DNA of 32,000 nt, from NCBI RefSeq assembly GCF_002075285.3, contig NZ_CP021983.2, forward strand, positions 5,040,001 to 5,072,000. Reading direction: 5' to 3'. Numbering within the stretch: the first letter of the stretch is position 1; each line of letters begins with the position of its first letter. This document shows positions 25,897-32,000 of this stretch, one piece after another. The position numbers and the translations under genes are program-made. The DNA is from Halomicronema hongdechloris C2206 (GTDB taxonomy: Bacteria > Cyanobacteriota > Cyanobacteriia > Phormidesmidales > Phormidesmidaceae). The notes beneath the pieces were generated by a model, which was not told where the DNA came from, made no database searches, and worked only from the letters and a program-made list of their open reading frames with translations.

Positions 25897-28800
25897 TTAC
25901 ATGGAGGCACTCTGGGCTTGCAAGTCAAGCCCCAAGACTTGGGTGTAGGCCCCCCGGGCCTGAGTGACGCCGATGGTCCGCTGAGAGGCTTCGATCATCG
26001 GTCGCCGCAGGCTAACCACGATGAACTGGGCCTGTTCCGCCTGTTGCTTGATCATGCGCGACAATCGCTCCACATTAGCGCCGTCTAGGAACATATCCAC
26101 TTCGTCGAAGGCATAAAAGGGCGAGGGGCGATAGCGTTGTAGGGCAAAGATGAAACTGAGGGCCGTGAGGGACTTTTCGCCCCCGGACATGGAGGCCAAG
26201 CGTCGCACTGGTTTGCCCTTGGGATGGGCTACTAAGTTGAGGCCACCATTAAACGGATCTTGAGGGTCGTCTAACTGGAGATGACCATCGCCGTCTGAGA
26301 GCTGGGCGAAGATGGCCTGAAAGTTTTGATTGACGGCGGTGAAGGCTTCTTGAAAGGCCTGGCGCCGTAGGGTGGTAAAGTTTTCGATGCGCAAGAGCAG
26401 TTCGGTACGCTCTTCTTCTAAAGTGGTGAGCTTGGCGCTGAGTTCGTCGAGGCGTTCTTGGGTGCGGTGATATTCATCTAGGGCCAGCATATTCACCGGC
26501 TCTAGGGCCTCTAGGCGTCGTTGTAGCGATCGCAACTCCTGGCGCACCTTGTCTAGGTCTACCTCGGCGGGAATCTCAGGCTGGGGATCGGGCAGTTCCG
26601 CCGCTTGGGCAGCTAGGGTGTCTTGCCCCTCAGCCAGGCGCTGCCGGCGTTCCTGCTGCGACTCTTGCAGCTTTTGTCGCTGCCATTCCTGTTGTTGCTT
26701 GGCTGTCTGCCGCTCCCGCAACTGATATTCGCTGCGATCGCGATTAGCTTTTTCCGTCGCCAGGGTTTTATCGAGGGCAGCCAGGCCTTGGCGAATCCCG
26801 TCGATGGTCTGCTGCATCGCTGCCTGCTGTTCTGTCAAGGTCCCCCGTTGCTGCTCTTGCTCTGTCTGTTGCCGCTGGTGAGCGGCGAGCTGCTGTTGCT
26901 GCTGCAGAATAGATTCCTCGAGGCGCTGGCTTTGGCTAGTCAGCTCCTGCAGCCGCTGCTCAGCAGTCCGCAGGGCGGCTTGCCGCTGATCCAGGTCCGT
27001 TTCTAGGGCGCGAATTTCCGTCTGGGCCTGTTGCCATTCGCTGTGGGTCTGGGACTGCTCTAGGGCTGCCAGGGCCTGGCGCTCAGCTTGGAGGGATTGC
27101 TCTTGGGCGGGTAGGGTCTGGGCCAGCTGCTGCAGCCGGGCTTCGGTAGCAGTCAGTTCCTGTTGGGCTTGGCTGAGTTGGTGCTGAGCCTGATCGCGGC
27201 GCTGGTTCAACTGTTGCTGTTGCCGATCGGCTTGAGAGCGCTCGAGTTGGTGATCGCGATGGCGCTGCCGGGCTGCCATCAAGGTCTGGGAAGTTTGGGC
27301 CACCGTTTGGCTGAGCTCTTCGATGGTGCGATCGCAGCGCATCAGAACCTGCTCAATCTCCTGCAAGCGCTGGCGCAACCCTTTCGCTTCCTCGGATTCA
27401 GCCGGCTCCACCGTGCCAAAATGGAGACTGCCCTGGCGCTTCAGTAAACTGCCGCCGGTCATAGCTCCACTGGTTTCTAGGATTTCTCCCTCCAGGGTGA
27501 CCATGCGAAATTGGCCCAGATGCGGTCGAGCCGCATCCAGGGTCTCAAACACCGCCGTACTGCCAAAGACATAGGCAAACACCCGCTGATACCGGGGCTC
27601 ACACTCAATCAAGTTCACCGCATAATCAATAAACCCATCGGGCCGCTGCCAAGCCGGCAGTGGCGTAAACTTGGGCACCCGAATCCCATTCAGGGGCAAA
27701 AACGTCGCTCGCCCGGCCCGGCGCTGCTTCAACAGGTCGATGCCCCCAGCCGCCACCCGATCATCCTCTACGACTAGATAACCGAGCCGCCCCCCAGCCG
27801 CCACATCCAGCGCCTGCTGAAAGCGTGGCTCTACTCGGCCCAACTGAGCCACCAGACCACAAATCCCCGGCAACCCCGACTTTAATAGCACCTCAGTGGC
27901 CCGAGTTCCTTGAGATTCCTGCAACGCCTGCACCTGGGCTTCCAGCCGATCCAAAGCCCGCTGTTTTTCCCGTTGTTCCCGCAGCAAGCGCGCCTGGGTT
28001 TCCTGTTGCACCTGCAGCTCCTGCTCCGTCTGCGCTAAGGTCGCCGCCAAGGTCTGCACCTCTGTCTCTAGAGTGGCCTCTACCGAAGCCTCCGGACCAG
28101 CCGCGGCCAGCCACTCTTTTTCCAACTCCTGCAGCACCTGCTGCTGACCCTGCACCTGTTGTTGCAGCTGATGCAACCGTTCCTGCAAACGCACTTGTTC
28201 TGACCGTTGGGGTTCCAGAGTGGCCAAGAGCGCCTCAATCCGATGGCGTAGCTGGGTCTGTTCCTGCACCCAAGTCTGCGAGGCATCGGCCATCTCACTG
28301 GCTGCCTGGCGCCGTTGATCTAAAGTCTGCTGAGCCTGGTCACAGTCCTGCCGCAGCCGTGGCAATTCCTGGGCAGCCAGGGGGGTTAGGGCCTGCTGCA
28401 AATCGGCCAGGGTCTGGCGCTGCTCCTGCAGGGTAATCTGAGTTTGACGCTGGGCGGCCGCTGTCTGCTGCGCCGCCGCCTGTAACGCCTGCTCTTGTCG
28501 TTGCAACTGCCGTAGTTCGGCCTCTTGAGTCGCTAATTGAGACTGTAAGGCCAGATGTTCCTCCTCTCCCAGGGCCTTAACCCGTCGATTCAACTCGTCT
28601 AACTCAGTCGCCAGGGCCTCAATGGCTGCTGTCGTCTCAACAATGGTCTGATCTAGCTGCCGAGCCTCGGCCTCCCCAGCCTGAATCTGCTGAGTCAACT
28701 CCTGACACAGCCGTTGTTGGGCCTGCCAGATCAGCACTGCTTCCCATTGAGTCTTGGTCTGCAGGGTTTCCCGCAACTGTTGATACTTCTCGGCCTTGCG

Positions 28801-29526
28801 ACGATCTTGATCGAGGCGGTCGCGCTGGCTAATCAGCTCTCGCTCTACGATGCGAAAGCGTTCTTCTTGATCTTTAACGGCATCTAATTTGCCCCTGGCT
28901 TGATCGATCTTGCGATCAAAGGCAGCCACCCCGGCTAACTCATCAATGATCTCCCGCCGCTCCCGGGAATTCATGGAGATAATACTGGTGACATCCCCCT
29001 GTAGCACCACGTTATAGCCTTCGGGATAAATCCGAAATCGCTGCAGCTGCTCATGGAGTTGGCCTAGGGTACAGGGCTCGCCATTGATGTAATAATTGGA
29101 GGTATAGGTGCCCTGGGTCGTCACCCGCAGCCGTCGCGTCACACTCCATTCCCGCACCAAAGGCACGACGTTAGCAACCGCATCACCATCACCATTGACG
29201 TCGCCACCAGCCGTTGTCTCAGTCTCCGCCTCGTCATCCTCCACCAGCAGCTCTGGCGGCAGATCACTGATGTCAAAGACCACCGTGACACTGGCTTCAG
29301 CCGTAGAGCGGCGACTGGCCTGATTTTGATTGACCAAATCAGGCAACCGTTCGGCCCGCATGCCCTTGGAGCTGGCCAAACCAAGGCAGAACAGCAAGGC
29401 ATCAAGGATATTCGACTTGCCAGACCCATTCGGCCCTGAAATTACTGTAAACCCAGGCAGAAACGGAACCTGAGTGGTGCCGCCGAAAGATTTGAAGTGG
29501 GAGAGTTCAACACTCTTGATATGCAC
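25897..29526 (-). CDS. smc: Chromosome segregation protein SMC
   Basis: 1209 aa. N-terminal Walker A FTVISGPNGSGKSN, long Q/E/L coiled coils, hinge (GLVAQLG...GGRLGYLVV), C-terminal signature LSGGEKSLTALSF and Walker B FYAFDEVD. Confidence 0.95.
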   Translation of the reverse strand: MHIKSVELSHFKSFGGTTQVPFLPGFTVISGPNGSGKSNILDALLFCLGLASSKGMRAERLPDLVNQNQASRRSTAEASVTVVFDISDLPPELLVEDDEAETETTAGGDVNGDGDAVANVVPLVREWSVTRRLRVTTQGTYTSNYYINGEPCTLGQLHEQLQRFRIYPEGYNVVLQGDVTSIISMNSRERREIIDELAGVAAFDRKIDQARGKLDAVKDQEERFRIVERELISQRDRLDQDRRKAEKYQQLRETLQTKTQWEAVLIWQAQQRLCQELTQQIQAGEAEARQLDQTIVETTAAIEALATELDELNRRVKALGEEEHLALQSQLATQEAELRQLQRQEQALQAAAQQTAAAQRQTQITLQEQRQTLADLQQALTPLAAQELPRLRQDCDQAQQTLDQRRQAASEMADASQTWVQEQTQLRHRIEALLATLEPQRSEQVRLQERLHQLQQQVQGQQQVLQELEKEWLAAAGPEASVEATLETEVQTLAATLAQTEQELQVQQETQARLLREQREKQRALDRLEAQVQALQESQGTRATEVLLKSGLPGICGLVAQLGRVEPRFQQALDVAAGGRLGYLVVEDDRVAAGGIDLLKQRRAGRATFLPLNGIRVPKFTPLPAWQRPDGFIDYAVNLIECEPRYQRVFAYVFGSTAVFETLDAARPHLGQFRMVTLEGEILETSGAMTGGSLLKRQGSLHFGTVEPAESEEAKGLRQRLQEIEQVLMRCDRTIEELSQTVAQTSQTLMAARQRHRDHQLERSQADRQQQQLNQRRDQAQHQLSQAQQELTATEARLQQLAQTLPAQEQSLQAERQALAALEQSQTHSEWQQAQTEIRALETDLDQRQAALRTAEQRLQELTSQSQRLEESILQQQQQLAAHQRQQTEQEQQRGTLTEQQAAMQQTIDGIRQGLAALDKTLATEKANRDRSEYQLRERQTAKQQQEWQRQKLQESQQERRQRLAEGQDTLAAQAAELPDPQPEIPAEVDLDKVRQELRSLQRRLEALEPVNMLALDEYHRTQERLDELSAKLTTLEEERTELLLRIENFTTLRRQAFQEAFTAVNQNFQAIFAQLSDGDGHLQLDDPQDPFNGGLNLVAHPKGKPVRRLASMSGGEKSLTALSFIFALQRYRPSPFYAFDEVDMFLDGANVERLSRMIKQQAEQAQFIVVSLRRPMIEASQRTIGVTQARGAYTQVLGLDLQAQSASM

Positions 29527-29862
29527 TGATCAATCAAACCTCGGAGCACATAGACAAATGTACTACAAACCAGCGGTGGGTGCACCCATGCCAGCCATTT
29601 AGCTTGCCGCCGCAGGCCAGCCCTCATCATCCTCAAGCGCGTTCACGGTCCATACTTGCCAGTCGTAAAGATTTCTATATGTCTCCCCAAGCCCATGGCG
29701 TGACCGGTTGCTCCCTGGCTGTAGGATGCCGTCGCCTAAGTGTAATGCCAAGCTGTCCCAATTACCACCACACTTTATGGTTTATGGCAACCGTGACTCG
29801 GGTAAGAGCCACCAACCTAAGTTCACCCCGACAGAGGCAATAATATTGGCCAGGTCAGGTTA

Positions 29863-29980
29863 AGAGGATGTTTGGAAAGTACCCGGCAACCTTTCTCCAG
29901 ACTGGTTTCTGGCCAGCAGGGCCATACACTCTAAAATGCCTACCTTACAGGTCTTTCAGCCGAGTTTCCAAATGTCCTCT
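29863..29980 (+). other. Long-range inverted repeat, a candidate structured RNA element
   Basis: AGAGGATGTTTGGAAA (29863-29878) pairs with TTTCCAAATGTCCTCT (29965-29980). This gives 16 contiguous pairs if two central G-U wobbles are allowed on the + strand transcript. Confidence 0.25.
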
Positions 29981-30139
29981 AAGAGTGTTCCAGCTCAATA
30001 CTCACCCAAGGGCTGGCTGAACCGGCCAGATAGGCCGAGTTCAATAGCCTAGATCAGGATTTTTTTTTTAGATGGAATACTCTAAGCGCAGCAAACACCA
30101 GACAATAATGGAGATTGACGCGCGTTAGCATGACTTCCT

Positions 30140-30580
30140 GTGCCATCATCCGCCGCTGAGGAACTATCACAACCTGTGATACTCGGATTTGATCCTGGTC
30201 GTCAAAAATGTGGTCTCGCCATCATGGGGCTAGATCGAATTTTGCGCCATCGCCAAATTGTGTCGGCCAATGCAGCCCTAAAACAGATTCAAACCCTGCG
30301 CCAAGAGTTCCCCGTTTCCATTATCGTCATGGGTGATCAAACCACCGCCAAGGATTGGAAAGCCAAACTCGAAACCCTTCCCGATGCCCCTAGGGTAATG
30401 CTGGTAGACGAACGCTACAGCAGTCTAGAAGCTCGAGACCGCTATTGGCAGATGCATCCGCCCCAAGGATTGAGTCGCCTAATTCCTAAGGGTCTGCGCA
30501 ACCCACCAACTGCCATTGATGACATCGTAGCCATGTTGTTAATCGAGCGGTATCTCAACCGTCTCATAGGGAATGAGTAA
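30140..30580 (+). CDS. YqgF/RuvX-like RNase H-fold nuclease (putative pre-16S rRNA nuclease / Holliday-junction resolvase-like)
   Basis: ILGFDPGRQKCGLAI (first acidic motif), IIVMGDQ, LVDERYSSLEAR and a C-terminal IDDIVA helix match the YqgF layout. The start is uncertain (GTG 30140 or GTG 30176). Confidence 0.6.
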   Translation: MPSSAAEELSQPVILGFDPGRQKCGLAIMGLDRILRHRQIVSANAALKQIQTLRQEFPVSIIVMGDQTTAKDWKAKLETLPDAPRVMLVDERYSSLEARDRYWQMHPPQGLSRLIPKGLRNPPTAIDDIVAMLLIERYLNRLIGNE

Positions 30581-30582
30581 AT

Positions 30583-30632
30583 GGGGAATGGAGTATTGGG
30601 GTAATGGGGTGACGGGGTGGAGGGGTGAGGTG
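30583..30632 (+). repeat. Degenerate 8-nt tandem repeat (N4GGGG) forming a canonical G-quadruplex motif
   Basis: GGGG runs at 30583-86, 30598-601, 30606-09, 30614-17 and 30622-25. The core is GGGGTAATGGGGTGACGGGGTGGAGGGG (30598-30625). Confidence 0.85.
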
Positions 30633-30708
30633 GTTTTCACTCCATGATCACTCCATCACTCGCCCATCCTTCGACCCACCTACTCGACCACTTCATCCTT
30701 GCCGCCAA

Positions 30709-30975
30709 TCACAGCGAAGCACGGATGGTAAATGAATAATCGCCTCCAGGTTCCAGCTGATAATCAAAGCGCTCGAGAAAACGGCCCAAGGGCTCTTGAA
30801 TCAGGGCTCGTCCTAAAGACGGCTCTATCGTCAATTTGCCCTGACGGAAGCGCCATTTAAACTGCCATTCATACTCATTCGCCCGTACTTCTCCCTCCAG
30901 CCGACCCTGACTCCAGGATTGGCGGGTAATGCGAACATAGGCCGTGGTCTCGGGCAGGCGGTGGCAGGAAGACAC
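30709..30975 (-). CDS. Small conserved hypothetical protein (possibly DUF3146-like)
   Basis: 88-aa ORF with coding-like composition. The family name comes from weak recollection only. Confidence 0.4.
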   Translation of the reverse strand: MSSCHRLPETTAYVRITRQSWSQGRLEGEVRANEYEWQFKWRFRQGKLTIEPSLGRALIQEPLGRFLERFDYQLEPGGDYSFTIRASL

Positions 30976-31275
30976 TGCGGTAAACTATGCAAATGGTCAA
31001 AGGAAACTTTCGCCGCAACTGCCCAGCCATGGGACAGCCGCCTTCCTTAGCTACCATAGCGGTAGGATTCCGTATCAGTCTACCCTCTAGCGAACTTTCG
31101 CAGTGGGTTCGGGCTAGTTGCCTGACAATGGACCTACTGTGCAAGGATCAGCTAAAGGGGTAGCCTGAAGGGTAGTAGAGTATGCATCTCTTCAGGCTGT
31201 CCTTTGATGGGATACCGCAGCCCTCTGCTCTCGCCCATCTAATGTGTTCTATCTGCTTGAATTCGGAAACAGCAC

Positions 31276-32000
31276 GTGCCCAAGGTCGGCATCATCTATA
31301 ACGACATCAAGCCCACGGCATGTGAGGTGGCATTAGAGTGGCAGGAGAAACTTGCTGCCTCGGGATACACCGTGTGTCTGGCCACGGGTATGGGTGGTAT
31401 CTTAGGCTACTCCAGCCCGGAACGGCCCATCTGTCATACCCCGATCGAGAGTTTGGTTCCCCCCGATTTCGATGCCGACATGGCCTTCGCCCTGGTATTA
31501 GGGGGAGACGGCACCGTATTATCAGCCTTTCGCCAATTGGCGCCGATTGGCATTCCCTTACTTACCATCAATACGGGTCACATGGGCTTTTTAACCGAAG
31601 CCTACCTGAATCAGCTACCCCAGGCCATCGATCAGGTGCTGGCGGGCAACTACACCGTGGAAGAACGGGGCATGCTGTCTGTGCAGCTGTTTCACCAGAA
31701 TCAGCTGACTTGGGAGGCGCTCTGCTTAAACGAAATTGTGCTGCATCGAGAACCCCTCACCAGCATGTGCCATTTCGAAGTCGAGGTTGGTAGCCACGCC
31801 CCCGTAGATATCGCCGCTGATGGCATTATTATTTCAACACCCACCGGGTCCACTGCCTATTCACTGTCAGCGGGCGGCCCTGTGATCACCCCTGGGTTGC
31901 CCGCTACCCAACTGATTCCTATCTGTCCTCACTCCCTAGCCTCGCGGGGGCTGGTGTTTCCCGATACGGATCCGGTGACGGTGCGCTCTGCCAACCCCGA
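31276..32000 (+). CDS. nadK: NAD kinase (partial, 3' end beyond the window)
   Basis: GTG 31276 follows an in-frame TGA at 31258-31260. Motifs [17 protein letters not shown] and [23 protein letters not shown]. The frame is open to the window end, so it is not in the ORF track. Confidence 0.9.
   Translation, partial: MPKVGIIYNDIKPTACEVALEWQEKLAASGYTVCLATGMGGILGYSSPERPICHTPIESLVPPDFDADMAFALVLGGDGTVLSAFRQLAPIGIPLLTINTGHMGFLTEAYLNQLPQAIDQVLAGNYTVEERGMLSVQLFHQNQLTWEALCLNEIVLHREPLTSMCHFEVEVGSHAPVDIAADGIIISTPTGSTAYSLSAGGPVITPGLPATQLIPICPHSLASRGLVFPDTDPVTVRSANP

Noticed and set aside
26623-28436. Several long + strand ORFs inside smc (26623-27006, 27163-27447, 27825-28436 at 203 aa, and others)
   Set aside because: They are antisense to the Gln/Leu/Glu-rich coiled-coil arms of SMC. 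CAG/CTG-rich sequence stays open on the opposite strand, and the products are Pro/Ala/Leu low-complexity.
29850-29860. CCAGGTCAGGT, reminiscent of the SRP (4.5S) RNA domain IV 5' strand
   Set aside because: The following sequence lacks the GGAA tetraloop and the AGCAGC 3' strand needed for the conserved SRP helix 8, so I do not call an ffs gene.
30583-30632. Possible CRISPR array or STRR heptamer array
   Set aside because: The units are only 8 nt, degenerate and contiguous, with no spacers. No cas genes are present. It is better described as a G-quadruplex-type microsatellite.
31338-31793. 151-aa + strand ORF listed in the track
   Set aside because: It is out of frame with respect to the unmistakable NAD kinase frame ([29 protein letters not shown]), which starts at GTG 31276 and runs off the window.

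Overview
The window looks like an ordinary cyanobacterial chromosomal core segment. It is GC-rich, carries at least 12 exact HIP1 octamers (GCGATCGC), and encodes ycf-type genes (ycf36/CGLD27, ycf51-like). I support about 27 protein-coding genes and one initiator tRNA-fMet. Recognisable housekeeping genes are yqeK, rsfS, an asparaginase-II family gene, priA, an RpoD-family sigma factor, tatA, ftsE, a WecB/TagA glycosyltransferase, smc, a YqgF/RuvX-like nuclease and nadK (3'-truncated by the window end). I found no transposase, integrase, CRISPR array, restriction, toxin-antitoxin or other recognisable defence or mobile genes, so I cannot name a clear new system. The candidates most worth a second look are these. 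(1) A signalling cluster at 20.4-24.7 kb: a membrane heme-c (CXXCH) sensor with a HAMP domain but no output domain. Its 3' end overlaps a convergent soluble adenylate-cyclase/Ser-Thr-kinase fusion that carries a tandem C-terminal repeat, and an orphan PhnD-like lipoprotein lies upstream. (2) A glycosyltransferase (GpgS/MpgS-like) followed 22 bp later by an unannotatable 275-aa protein with papain-like Q/C/H/D motifs. (3) An unrecognised 310-aa protein in an operon with a DUF202 membrane protein. (4) A membrane-anchored coiled-coil gene at the left edge whose reading frame breaks twice. (5) Non-coding oddities: a canonical G-quadruplex-forming N4GGGG repeat between convergent genes, and a long-range 16-bp RNA-type inverted repeat upstream of a T10 tract. 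All functional calls rest on motif recognition by eye. No database search was possible.
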